Below are positions 26,956 to 35,402 of a DNA stretch of 38,368 bases, piece after piece. The position numbers and the translations under genes are program-made. This stretch comes from Candidatus Sysuimicrobiota bacterium (GTDB lineage: Bacteria; Sysuimicrobiota; Sysuimicrobiia; Sysuimicrobiales; Sysuimicrobiaceae), in NCBI GenBank assembly GCA_040289515.1, contig PSLI01000013.1, forward strand, positions 1 to 38,368, in the 5' to 3' direction. The notes below the pieces were generated by a model. It did no database searches and was not told where the DNA came from. It worked only from the letters and a program-made list of their open reading frames with translations. How positions within the stretch are numbered: the stretch's first letter is position 1; each line of letters starts with the position of its first letter.

Positions 26956-28178
26956 CGCCCCGCGTGCACCTCCCGCAGCCGGAAGCCGGCCAGCCACGCG
27001 GCCACCACCGTGAGGGCCCCGCCCACCGCAAGCGCCACGGCCGTGCCCGTCCACTCCGCCAGCACCCCGAAGGGGAAGCTGCCCAAGGTGAACATGCCGA
27101 AGGCGGTCACCGAGTACAGCCCCATGACGCGCCCCCGCATCCCCGGTTCCACGGAGGGTTGCACCAGGGCGTTGGCGGAGGACAACGCCGCGGACTGAAA
27201 CAGCCCCGCGGCCACCAGCAGCGCCAGAGCCCACCCAAACCCGGGGCTGACGGCGAATAACACCACGCATACCCCCAAGGCCAGGGTGGACTGCTGCAGC
27301 AGCCGCCCCTCCCCTGCGCGCGGCGCCACCGTGACGTACCAAGGAGCCAGCAAAGTGCCCAGCCCAGGTGCCGCCTGCAGGAGCCCCAGGCCCACCGCGT
27401 CTGTGTGCAGCACCTCCCGGGCGAAGGCGGGCATCAGGCGGAAGTACGGCCGGCCCAAAAAGTTCAGGGCAGCCACCGTCCCCAGTACCGTGGCCACCGT
27501 GCGGTCCGTGCGGACCACGCGCATCGCCTGCTGGATCTCCTCCAGCACCGAGCCGCTTTTGGACGCGGGCGGAGGGGGTGCGCCCATGCGCCGCAGGGCC
27601 AGCAGCACCGCCCCGTAGGAGACGGCGTTCACCAGAAAGCAGCCGGCCTCCCCCGCCGCCGCGATCACCAGCCCTCCCAGGGAGGGACCCACGATCCCCG
27701 CGCCGTTGAACGCCACGGAGTTCAGCGTCACCGCCTGCAGCACCTCGTCCTCGTCCACCAGGCTGGGGATCCACGAGTGCCGGGCGGGCATGTCGAAGGA
27801 CTGCAGCGCGGAAGCTACCCCCGCCAGCGCCATCACGTGCCACACCCGCACCCAGCCCGTGGCCGACAGCACGGCCAACATCAGGGCGCTACTGGCCAGC
27901 CACGCGTTGGTCCAGGACAGGAGTGCCTTCCGGTCCTGCCGGTCCGCCAGCGCACCGCCCACCGGCGCGAACAAAACACGCGGTATTGCCTGGCCCAGGG
28001 CCAGGACTCCCAGGTACAGGGGAGACAGGGTGAGCCGGTCCACCAGGTAGCCCACCGCCACGAACTGCATCCACGTGCCGGTGTTCGAGATCACCAACCC
28101 CATCCACAGAAGCCGGAAGTCGCGGTGCCGCAGGGGTCGCAGGGCACCGGGGGGCCTGGCCAGGGTGCCGGCCCTCAT
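26949..28178 (-). CDS. MFS transporter (MFS_3/EntS-like)
   Basis: RHRDFRLLW.G..ISNTGTWMQ.VA, GGALADR.DRK, FDMPAR, MRGRVMG, about 12 hydrophobic segments. ATGA overlap with the paaI stop. Confidence 0.9.
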   Translation of the reverse strand: MRAGTLARPPGALRPLRHRDFRLLWMGLVISNTGTWMQFVAVGYLVDRLTLSPLYLGVLALGQAIPRVLFAPVGGALADRQDRKALLSWTNAWLASSALMLAVLSATGWVRVWHVMALAGVASALQSFDMPARHSWIPSLVDEDEVLQAVTLNSVAFNGAGIVGPSLGGLVIAAAGEAGCFLVNAVSYGAVLLALRRMGAPPPPASKSGSVLEEIQQAMRVVRTDRTVATVLGTVAALNFLGRPYFRLMPAFAREVLHTDAVGLGLLQAAPGLGTLLAPWYVTVAPRAGEGRLLQQSTLALGVCVVLFAVSPGFGWALALLVAAGLFQSAALSSANALVQPSVEPGMRGRVMGLYSVTAFGMFTLGSFPFGVLAEWTGTAVALAVGGALTVVAAWLAGFRLREVHAGRW

Positions 28179-28594
28179 GGCGGCAGGACGGGCTGCTCCG
28201 CTCGGTGCACCAGGGCCTGCATGGTGGCCACGAGCCGGCCCTCTCCGTCCCGCACCGTTACCCGGTAGGAGCCCAGGGTATGGCCGCGGTGCTCTTCCGC
28301 GCACTCCGCCTCCAGCCGGCCGGCGGAAGGTGCCCGCAGGAAGTGGATGGTGGCGGACACAGCCACCGCCCGCTGGTTGTGGCTGTTGCTGGCCGCGGCG
28401 AAGGCGCAATCCGCAAGGGAGAACACCAGGCCCCCGTGGACCACCCCATGGAAGTTTCGGTGCTCCGGCCGCAGCTGCAGACTCGCCCGCGCGTAGCCTG
28501 AGCGCACCTCTTCCACCTGCACCCCGAGGAGCTTTCCGAAGGGGTCGGCGCGGAATGCCGCTACCAGCGCCGCGGGGACTTCGGAGTGCCTCAC
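28175..28594 (-). CDS. paaI: PaaI-family hotdog acyl-CoA thioesterase
   Basis: DPF..LLG, N.HGVVHGG..FSLAD.AFAAASNS. GTG overlaps the paaK stop. Confidence 0.88.
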   Translation of the reverse strand: MRHSEVPAALVAAFRADPFGKLLGVQVEEVRSGYARASLQLRPEHRNFHGVVHGGLVFSLADCAFAAASNSHNQRAVAVSATIHFLRAPSAGRLEAECAEEHRGHTLGSYRVTVRDGEGRLVATMQALVHRAEQPVLPP

Positions 28595-29913
28595 AGCTTG
28601 CGCTGGTCCACCACCCGGCGTAGCTTGCCGCCCTCGCTGCGCGGCAGGCTCCCCGGCGGCACCAGGGTGACCCTCCCGTGGAGGTTCAGGGCGCCGTACA
28701 GTGCCTGCTCCGCGCGAGCTCGCAGCTGCTGGACTTCCGCACGGTCCGGGTCTAGCGCGCCCAGCGTCTGAAAAAAGGCGGGGTCCACCTCCACCCGCAC
28801 CTCCAACTCGTCCAGGGTGCGGGGACGCGTGAGGACGATCTGGTAGTGCGGCCTGAGGTGCGGCACCGCCACCAGCGCCGCCTCCACCTGGGACGGGTAC
28901 ACGTTGATCCCCCGCACCACCAGCATGTCGTCGGTGCGCCCCAACACCTGCGACATGCGGACGAAGGTGCGCCCGCACCGGCACGGTTCGGGATTCAGGG
29001 AGGCGACGTCCCCCGTGCGGTAGCGCACCACGGGCAGCGCCTGCTTGGTGAGGGTGGTGAAGACCAGCTCTCCTTCCTGGCCGTACGGCAGGGGTTCGCC
29101 CGTGTGCGGGTCCACCACCTCCACCAGGAAGTGGTCCTCGAACACGTGGGACCCGTCGCGTTCCTCCACGCACTCGTTGGCGACTCCCGGCCCGATTACC
29201 TCGCTAAGCCCGTAGATGTTCACCGCCGCGATCCCGAGCTGCTCCCCAATCTGGCGGCGCATGGCCTCCGTCCACGGCTCCGCCCCCAGCACGCCGTACC
29301 GCAGGGGCAGCTGCCCCGGCCGCACGCCTCGGTCCCGAAGGGCCTCCGCCAGGGTGAGAGCGTAGGACGGGGTGCACGCCAGCACCTTGGCCCCGAAGTC
29401 CTGCAGCAGGAGCACCTGCCGCTCCGTGTTGCCCCCGGAGGCTGGCACCACCACGAGCCCCATGAGTTCCGCACCCGCGTGCATCCCGAGCCCGCCCGTG
29501 AACAGCCCGTAGCCGTACGCGTTCTGAAACACGTCGCCCGGCTGCGCCCCGGATGCCGCCAGGCATCGGGCACACACCTCCGCCCACACCTGCAGGTCGT
29601 GCCGCGTGTAGCCCACCACGGTGGGCTTGCCCGTGGTGCCCGAGGAGGCGTGGATGCGCACCACCTGGTCCAGGGGCACCGCGAACAGACCGAAGGGGTA
29701 GTGGTCCCGGAAATCCTGCTTGGTGGTGAAGGGCAGGCGCGCCACGTCCTGCAGGTGGCGGATGTGGTCCGGGCTGACGCCCGCTTGCTGCATGCGCTGC
29801 CGGTAGGGCTCCACCCGCTCGTACACGTACCGGACCAGAGCCTGCAGCCGCTCCAGCTGCAGCCGCTCCAGCTGCGCCCGGGGCATCGTCTCCGCTTCCG
29901 GGTTCCAGATCAT
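28591..29913 (-). CDS. paaK: Phenylacetate-CoA ligase
   Basis: RIHASSGTTGKP, YGYGLFTGGLG, GAEPW, YGLSE..GPGV, RYRTGD, GRTDDM..VRG.NV.P, K..RVVD. Start re-called to ATG 29913. Confidence 0.93.
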   Translation of the reverse strand: MIWNPEAETMPRAQLERLQLERLQALVRYVYERVEPYRQRMQQAGVSPDHIRHLQDVARLPFTTKQDFRDHYPFGLFAVPLDQVVRIHASSGTTGKPTVVGYTRHDLQVWAEVCARCLAASGAQPGDVFQNAYGYGLFTGGLGMHAGAELMGLVVVPASGGNTERQVLLLQDFGAKVLACTPSYALTLAEALRDRGVRPGQLPLRYGVLGAEPWTEAMRRQIGEQLGIAAVNIYGLSEVIGPGVANECVEERDGSHVFEDHFLVEVVDPHTGEPLPYGQEGELVFTTLTKQALPVVRYRTGDVASLNPEPCRCGRTFVRMSQVLGRTDDMLVVRGINVYPSQVEAALVAVPHLRPHYQIVLTRPRTLDELEVRVEVDPAFFQTLGALDPDRAEVQQLRARAEQALYGALNLHGRVTLVPPGSLPRSEGGKLRRVVDQRKL

Positions 29914-29963
29914 GAGGCCTCCGGTTCTCTGCCGTCCTGCGGGGTGTTTCGCGCGCGTGGGCG

Positions 29964-30320
29964 TTACCTCCTCCCGCGACTGGACCCCTGGCTTGTGGCG
30001 CGGTACCGGCTCGGCACGTACACCTCCGCCTGCACCACCTCCCCTCCCGCCTGCACGTGAACCGGCCGGCGTACGTAGCCCTCTTCGTACGCGTCCAGGG
30101 CCCGCAAGGCGGGCTCGTCCAGCCCTTCCAGCAGCAGGCCCTCCACCCAGCCGCCGGGCCGGGGCTCCACCTCGGGGTAACCGGACAGGGTCCGCTCCGG
30201 CGGCACCAGGACCCAACCAGCTAGCCGCGCGGGCCGTGCGGGGAACGTCCGGCCCACCACAGCCCGTACCCGCCGCGGGTCCAGGAGCGTCCCGTACACG
30301 AACAACCGGCGGTCACCCAT
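29964..30320 (-). CDS. Gamma-glutamylcyclotransferase (GGCT/AIG2-like) family protein
   Basis: LFVYGTL, GYP, V.G.L, LDAYE..Y.R, A.VYV. Confidence 0.85.
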   Translation of the reverse strand: MGDRRLFVYGTLLDPRRVRAVVGRTFPARPARLAGWVLVPPERTLSGYPEVEPRPGGWVEGLLLEGLDEPALRALDAYEEGYVRRPVHVQAGGEVVQAEVYVPSRYRATSQGSSRGRR

Positions 30321-31047
30321 CCGACGCCTCCCCGGAAGCCCTGCGTGCGGCACCCCCCACCACCACGGTCACCTCCCCCCGCACGGGCACGTCCCGGAAG
30401 GAGGCCACGAGCTCGCTGAGGGTGCCGCGCCGCACCTCCTCGTGCAGCTTGGTGAGCTCCCGGCAGACCGCCGCGCGCCGGTCGCCCAGCACCTCCCTCA
30501 GATCCTCCAGGCACTCCACCAGCCGGTGCGGGGACTCGAACAGCACCAACGTGGCGGGCTGGTCCCGCACCCCCTCCAGGAAGCGGCGCCGGGCGGGCCG
30601 GCGGCGGGGCAGAAAGCCCAAAAACAGAAACTGCTGCGCGGGCAGGCCGGAGACCACCAGGGCGGTGGTGACCGCGCTGGGGCCCGGCACGGCCACCACA
30701 GGGATCCCCGACTCCACGCACGCCCGCACCAAGTGCCCGCCAGGGTCCGACAGCACCGGGGTGCCCGCGTCGCTCACCAGGGCCACCGACCGCCCGGAGC
30801 GCAGCAGCTCCAGCAGTTGTGTGGTACGTGCGCGCTCGTTGTGCTCGTGGCAGCTCACCACCCGCTGCCGGATGCCGTAGTGCTGGAGCAGCTTGCGCAC
30901 GTGGCGGGTGTCCTCTGCCGCCACCCGATCCACCTCCCGGAGCACCCGCAGGGCCCGCAGGGTGACGTCCTCCAGGTTGCCGATGGGTGTGGACACCAGG
31001 TACAGCGTCCCGGAGGTGGCTGCTTGGGAGTTCGTCCTCCCCCTCAC
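30313..31047 (-). CDS. rsmI: 16S rRNA (cytidine1402-2'-O)-methyltransferase
   Basis: LYLVSTPIGNLEDVT.RAL, AEDTR, VSDAGTP.LSDPG, FESPHR, RELTKLHEE, RGE. Confidence 0.93.
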   Translation of the reverse strand: MRGRTNSQAATSGTLYLVSTPIGNLEDVTLRALRVLREVDRVAAEDTRHVRKLLQHYGIRQRVVSCHEHNERARTTQLLELLRSGRSVALVSDAGTPVLSDPGGHLVRACVESGIPVVAVPGPSAVTTALVVSGLPAQQFLFLGFLPRRRPARRRFLEGVRDQPATLVLFESPHRLVECLEDLREVLGDRRAAVCRELTKLHEEVRRGTLSELVASFRDVPVRGEVTVVVGGAARRASGEASDG

Positions 31048-31050
31048 GTG

Positions 31051-33324
31051 CTACCGCCTCCGCCGCGAGGCGGCCGGGTACCCTGCCAACCCCAGCAGGG
31101 CCGCCACCAGTTGTATCGCACCCTCCTTGTCCAGGGGCTGGTTTCCGTTCCCGCACTTGGGCGACTGCACGCACGACGGGCAGCCGCCCTCGCAGGGACA
31201 CGTGCACACGGCCTCCCACGTGGCACGCAGCCAATCCTCCAGGACCTCAAACCCGCGTTCGGCCACCCCCACGCCTCCGGGGTAGCCGTCGTACACGAAC
31301 ACCGAGGGCCGCCCCGTCTGCGGGTGCAGGGGGTAGGACACCCCGCCCACGTCCCACCGGTCGCACATGGCGAACAAGGGCAGCAACCCGATGGCCGCGT
31401 GCTCCGCGGCGTGCAGGGCACCGGGCAACAGGTCCTGCCCCAGAGAAGCGCTGAGCTCCCCCGGTACCTCGTACCCCACCGCCACCGTGGCCAGGGTCTG
31501 CGCGGGCAGCACCAGGGGCTCCACGCTCAGCACCCGATCACCCGCCAGATGCTTGCGCGCGTAACCCACCACCTGGGTGGTCACCTCTACCTCCGCCAGG
31601 TAGGCCTCCGCGAGGCCCAAACGTCGGCGGGCCCGCACCCTGCGGACCTCCAGGTCGGTCACGGTGCGCGCCTCGGTGTAGTAGTCCACCTCCTCCCGGC
31701 GTACCCGCGCCACCTTCCTGTCCACGTCCAGCTGGCGCACCACGTACGTCTCGCCCTGGTGCAGGTACACCGCACCGGGGTGCACCTGCTCGAAGGCGCG
31801 CGCTTCGTCCACAGTCCCCACCGGGCCTCGCTGTTCGTCCACGATGCTGTACTGGGCCTCGCTGGCGGCCCGGATCCCCACCTGGGAGGCGGGGTAGCGC
31901 ACGCCGCGCCAGCTCCACCGATCCCGGTCGGGCGCCAGCTCTCCTGCCTCGGACAACACCTGCACCACCACCCGGGCGGGCTCCCCGAACAGGGCGAAGT
32001 CCTCCTCCCGCAGGGGCAGCTCCGCGGCCGCGCAGCGCAGCTGCGAGGTCAGCACGTACGGGTTGGAGGGGTCCAACACGGCGGCCTCCACCGGCCGCTC
32101 GAACAGATAGGAGGGGTGCCGCATGAGGTACTGGTCGAGGGCGTCCTCCAACGCCACCAGCACCGTCAGGGAGTCCGCCCCCGCCCGCCCTGCGCGGCCT
32201 GCTCGCTGCCACGTGCTGGCCACCGTCCCCGGGTAGCCCACCAGCACCGCCGCGTCCAGGGCACCCACGTCGATACCGAGCTCCAAGGCGCTGGTGGACA
32301 CCACCCCCAGGAGCTCTCCGGAAAACAGCGCGCGTTCGATCTGTCGGCGCTCCTCCGGCAGGTAACCGGCCCGGTACGCCCGCAGGCGGCCTGCCAGCTC
32401 GGGGGACGTGGTGGCTGCGTATCGGTACACCAGCTCCGTCACCCTGCGGGCCTTGGTGAACACGATGGTGCGCACGCCCCGCCCCGCCAGCCACCGCAAC
32501 AGCCAGCTCGCATCCCGGTAGGGGCTGCCCCGGCCGCCGCCCCGCACGGGCGGAGGGTTCCACAGCACAAACCACCGGGCGCCCTGCGGCGCCCCGTCGT
32601 CGTCCACCACCTCCACGGGTAGGCCCAGAAGCCGCTCTGCGAACTCCCGGGGGTTGGCCAAGGTGGCGGACGTGCACACGAAGCGGGGCTCCACCCCGTA
32701 GGCACGGCACACGCGCCGCAGCCGCCGCAGCACGCCCGCCACGTGGCTGCCGAACACACCCCGGTACACGTGCAGGTCGTCGAGCACCACAAACCGCAGC
32801 CCCCGAAACAGCCGGACCCACCGGCCATGCTGGGGGAGGATCCCCACGTGTAGCATGTCGGGGTTGGTGAGGATCACCTGTGCCTGCTCCCGGATCCGGG
32901 CCCGCTCCGAGGCCGGGGTGTCCCCGTCGTACACCTCGCAGCGCACGGGCAGTCCCAAGGAGTGCAGGGTGTCCAGCTGGTCCTGAGCCAGGGCCTTGGT
33001 GGGGAACACGTACAGGGCCCGGGCTCGGGGGTCTTCCAGGAGCTCTTCCAGGACCGGGAGGTTGTAACACAGGGTCTTGCCGCTGGCCGTCCGGCTGGTC
33101 ACCACCACGGACCGGCCCGCCCGCACGTGGTCCAGGGCCTGTGCCTGGTGCGTGTAAAGACGCCGGATGCCCAGCTGCCCCAGGGCCCTCTGCAAAGCTT
33201 CCGGCAACGGCGCAGCGGGATCCCCAAACCGCGCGGGCCGAGGCGGGATACGCTCTACGTGCACCACGCGGCCGGCTGCTACCTGCTGCAGTTCCCGGAC
33301 CAGGCTTTCCACATCCACCGCCAC
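31051..33324 (-). CDS. SF2 DEAD/DEAH-box helicase with C-terminal DUF1998 Zn domain (MrfA/YprA/SftH/Hrq1-like)
   Basis: LYTHQ, TASGKT, PTKALAQDQ, TNPDMLH, DDLH.YRGVFGS, SAT, YRAGY, TSALELGIDVG, QRAGRAGR, YDGYPGGVG, CPCEGGCPSC. GTG 33324 chosen from the GAGGT RBS. Confidence 0.92.
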   Translation of the reverse strand: MAVDVESLVRELQQVAAGRVVHVERIPPRPARFGDPAAPLPEALQRALGQLGIRRLYTHQAQALDHVRAGRSVVVTSRTASGKTLCYNLPVLEELLEDPRARALYVFPTKALAQDQLDTLHSLGLPVRCEVYDGDTPASERARIREQAQVILTNPDMLHVGILPQHGRWVRLFRGLRFVVLDDLHVYRGVFGSHVAGVLRRLRRVCRAYGVEPRFVCTSATLANPREFAERLLGLPVEVVDDDGAPQGARWFVLWNPPPVRGGGRGSPYRDASWLLRWLAGRGVRTIVFTKARRVTELVYRYAATTSPELAGRLRAYRAGYLPEERRQIERALFSGELLGVVSTSALELGIDVGALDAAVLVGYPGTVASTWQRAGRAGRAGADSLTVLVALEDALDQYLMRHPSYLFERPVEAAVLDPSNPYVLTSQLRCAAAELPLREEDFALFGEPARVVVQVLSEAGELAPDRDRWSWRGVRYPASQVGIRAASEAQYSIVDEQRGPVGTVDEARAFEQVHPGAVYLHQGETYVVRQLDVDRKVARVRREEVDYYTEARTVTDLEVRRVRARRRLGLAEAYLAEVEVTTQVVGYARKHLAGDRVLSVEPLVLPAQTLATVAVGYEVPGELSASLGQDLLPGALHAAEHAAIGLLPLFAMCDRWDVGGVSYPLHPQTGRPSVFVYDGYPGGVGVAERGFEVLEDWLRATWEAVCTCPCEGGCPSCVQSPKCGNGNQPLDKEGAIQLVAALLGLAGYPAASRRRR

Positions 33325-33325
33325 C

Positions 33326-33354
33326 TTGACCACCTCGAGCTGCAGGGATAGCAT
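33326..33354 (+). promoter_or_regulatory. Sigma70-type promoter for tRNA-Leu
   Basis: TTGACC-17 nt-TAGCAT ending 12 nt before the tRNA. It overlaps the helicase RBS on the opposite strand. Confidence 0.65.
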
Positions 33355-33366
33355 GGTTGGGTGCGG

Positions 33367-33452
33367 GCCGGAGTGGCGGAACGGCAGACGCGCTGCGTTC
33401 AGGGCGCAGTGGGCGAAAGCCCGTGGGGGTTCAAATCCCTCCTCCGGCACCA
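33367..33452 (+). tRNA. tRNA-Leu (anticodon CAG)
   Basis: Acceptor GCCGGAG/CTCCGGC + A + CCA, anticodon arm CTGCG-TTCAGGG-CGCAG, long variable arm GGGC-GAAA-GCCC, T-loop TTCAAAT. Confidence 0.97.
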
Positions 33453-33473
33453 CACCGCTCCCGGGGGTTTGCG

Positions 33474-33845
33474 GTGGAGTTCCCGGACCCTCCCCTGTCC
33501 GTGGACCTGGAGGTCCTGACCCACCTGCGCGGGTTCCCCGAGGAGCTGGAGCGGTATGCGAACCTCGTCAAGCACGCGCACCCGCTCGGCCGCTCCGCCT
33601 GCGGCTTAATCATACACCGGTCCGGGCGGCAAGGGTTTCTGCGACGACTGTGCGAGCTGGTGGCCTCGGGAGAGCCGGTGGTCACGCTGCTGGAGGGGGC
33701 CGCGCTGCTGGGCTGTAGCCCTGCCCAGCTGCTGGAGCGGCTGGACCGAGGGGAGCTGCCGGCCCCGGAGTTCCGGGACGGTCCCCGGGTCATCTGGAGG
33801 CGGCAAGCGCTACAGCGGTGGCTGCAGCAAGCGGACGGTGCCTGA
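33474..33845 (+). CDS. Hypothetical protein with C-terminal AlpA/excisionase-like HTH
   Basis: C-terminus VTLLEGAALLGCS.AQLLERLDRGELPAP......VIWRRQALQRWL has the HTH_17/AlpA pattern. GTG lies 21 nt after the tRNA CCA. Confidence 0.65.
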   Translation: MEFPDPPLSVDLEVLTHLRGFPEELERYANLVKHAHPLGRSACGLIIHRSGRQGFLRRLCELVASGEPVVTLLEGAALLGCSPAQLLERLDRGELPAPEFRDGPRVIWRRQALQRWLQQADGA

Positions 33846-33850
33846 GGGCC

Positions 33851-34066
33851 GTGGCCAGGGTGGCGCTGTACGTGGTCTGCCGATCCTGCGGAGAGGTGTT
33901 CGACACGGGCGTGCGCACCGACACGGCCTCCTTCGCCCGCGGCACGTTCGCCGCCAACTACCACACCTGCCCCCGGTGCAAGGCCACGGAGACGTACCGG
34001 AAGGCCGACTACCAACTAGTAGACGTCCGCACGGGGCAGCCGCTGCCTCACCCGGCACGGGGTTAG
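33851..34066 (+). CDS. Small zinc-ribbon-like protein (CRSC..CPRC)
   Basis: Two CxxC pairs, GC-rich third codon positions, follows the HTH gene closely. Start GTG 33851 or 33860. Confidence 0.7.
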   Translation: MARVALYVVCRSCGEVFDTGVRTDTASFARGTFAANYHTCPRCKATETYRKADYQLVDVRTGQPLPHPARG

Positions 34067-34349
34067 CCTTTCGGGACGACCGGCCCGCCGCGCTGGTGCC
34101 CGAAGCGCTCCACGTCAGCCAGCAGGCTTAGCGGCTCCCGCTCGAAGCTGTCCTGGATGAGGGCGAACCGCACCCGCTGGTCCGCATTCAGGGTGGCCCG
34201 GATGCGTCCACCAGCCGCCAAACCAGCAGCGCTTCCAGCACCCGTTCGGCCGGGAATTGCCTCTGGGCGGGTGCAGAGCGGGCACCCGCCAGTACCAAGG
34301 TCCCCACCGCCGCCAGCACTGTCAGGTGGCCGCGTCCAGTTCTCACCAC
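34063..34349 (-). pseudogene. Frameshifted / internally deleted exported helical protein (Spy/CpxP-like)
   Basis: Signal peptide + ERVLEALLVWRLVD in one frame, then RIRATLNADQRVRFALIQDSFERE..* in another. The frame switch is near 34205. Confidence 0.5.
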
Positions 34350-34460
34350 GGTTCCCCCTGTGGCCGCGTCCCACGCCCGCGCCAGCTCCGCCACCTGCGG
34401 CAGCAGGGCCTGAACCGCCGGGCTCACCACCGGAGCGGTACCGGGGTTTGTCCGGGGCGG

Positions 34461-34469
34461 TGGTATACT
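34461..34469 (+). promoter_or_regulatory. Extended -10 promoter (TGn-TATACT) upstream of SOD
   Basis: TGGTATACT about 50 nt before the SOD start. No properly spaced -35. Confidence 0.55.
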
Positions 34470-34520
34470 GGGGTCGAGCTCGAGGAATCTGCGAAAAAGC
34501 ATGCGAAAGGGGGTTTCCTG

Positions 34521-35135
34521 GTGAGATACGAGGCCAAGAAGTTCAAGTCCTTCGAGGTAGAGCTGGACGGAATCAGCAAGCGCACCATGGAGGAGCACTA
34601 CAAGCTCTACCAGGGCTACGTGAACAAGGCCAACGAGATCCTAGAGCGGCTCGCGGCCCTGGACAAGGACCCCGCCAAGGCCAACCCCACCTACTCCGAC
34701 ATCCGGGAACTGAAGGTGGAGCTAACCCGAGCCCTGGGCGGGGTGAAGAACCACGAGATCTACTTCGACCACCTGGGGGGCCCCGGGGGGAAGCCGGAAG
34801 GCGCCCTGCTACAGCTCATCGAGCGGGACTTCGGGTCCTTCGAGGACTGGCAGAAGGACCTCAAGGCCACGGGGATCGCGGCCCGGGGCTGGGCGTGGAC
34901 CGCGTACGACTGGGACGCGGGCAGGCTGTTCAACTACATCGGGGACGAGCAGAACACCTACCCGGTGTGGAACTGCACGCCCCTGGTGGCCCTGGACGTG
35001 TTCGAGCACGCGTACTTCATCGACTTCGGCACCAACAAGGGGGCGTACATCGACGCTTTCTTCCGCAACCTGGACTGGCGGGCGGTGGCCAAGCGGGCGG
35101 AGGGGTTCGGTATCTTCACCCACGCCAAGATCTGA
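34521..35135 (+). CDS. Fe/Mn superoxide dismutase family protein
   Basis: EEHYKLYQGYV, NHEIYF, I..DFGSFE.W, GWAW, LDVFEHAY (all four metal ligands). GTG 34521 after AAAGGGGG. Metal preference cannot be called. Confidence 0.92.
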   Translation: MRYEAKKFKSFEVELDGISKRTMEEHYKLYQGYVNKANEILERLAALDKDPAKANPTYSDIRELKVELTRALGGVKNHEIYFDHLGGPGGKPEGALLQLIERDFGSFEDWQKDLKATGIAARGWAWTAYDWDAGRLFNYIGDEQNTYPVWNCTPLVALDVFEHAYFIDFGTNKGAYIDAFFRNLDWRAVAKRAEGFGIFTHAKI

Positions 35136-35216
35136 ACCGGGGCGGGCCCCAGCAGGAGGTCCGGCACGGGGGTCGAAGGAAGGGCAGACGGGAAACCCTG
35201 GGGCGGCGGGGGAGCC

Positions 35217-35390
35217 ATGCGGAAGCCGGTGTTGACGTGTCCGTACTGCGAGACCGTCATGATCTGGTACCGCGAGCCGAGGGCTGAGGAGGCGTCCTGG
35301 TATGAGTGTCCCATCTGCAAGCACCGGGTGGAGCCCTCGGGGTCGCGGTCCCTGGACGACGAGATGCCCTCGCAGCTGCACGCCCAGTAG
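35217..35390 (+). CDS. 57-aa zinc-ribbon-like microprotein (CPYC..CPIC), absent from the ORF track
   Basis: Manual translation MRKPVLTCPYCETVMIWYREPRAEEASWYECPICKHRVEPSGSRSLDDEMPSQLHAQ*. G-rich RBS-like sequence upstream. Fills the gap between SOD and the next gene. Confidence 0.75.
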   Translation: MRKPVLTCPYCETVMIWYREPRAEEASWYECPICKHRVEPSGSRSLDDEMPSQLHAQ

Positions 35391-35402
35391 GTTCGTCCGG
35401 CC

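Noticed and set aside
31051..33324. DUF1998 helicase as part of a DISARM or other defence island
   Set aside because: Single fused MrfA/Hrq1-type architecture among housekeeping genes. No DNA methylase, PLD nuclease or other defence genes nearby.
33325..33453. N-terminal extension of the helicase ORF in the track (800 aa)
   Set aside because: It is the antisense of tRNA-Leu and its promoter. The RBS supports a start near 33324.
35136..35216. SRP RNA or c-di-GMP riboswitch after SOD (AGGTCCGG..GAAGGAAG..GGAAAC)
   Set aside because: Fragments resemble the motifs but the spacing and flanking helices do not fit. An Rfam cmscan would settle it.
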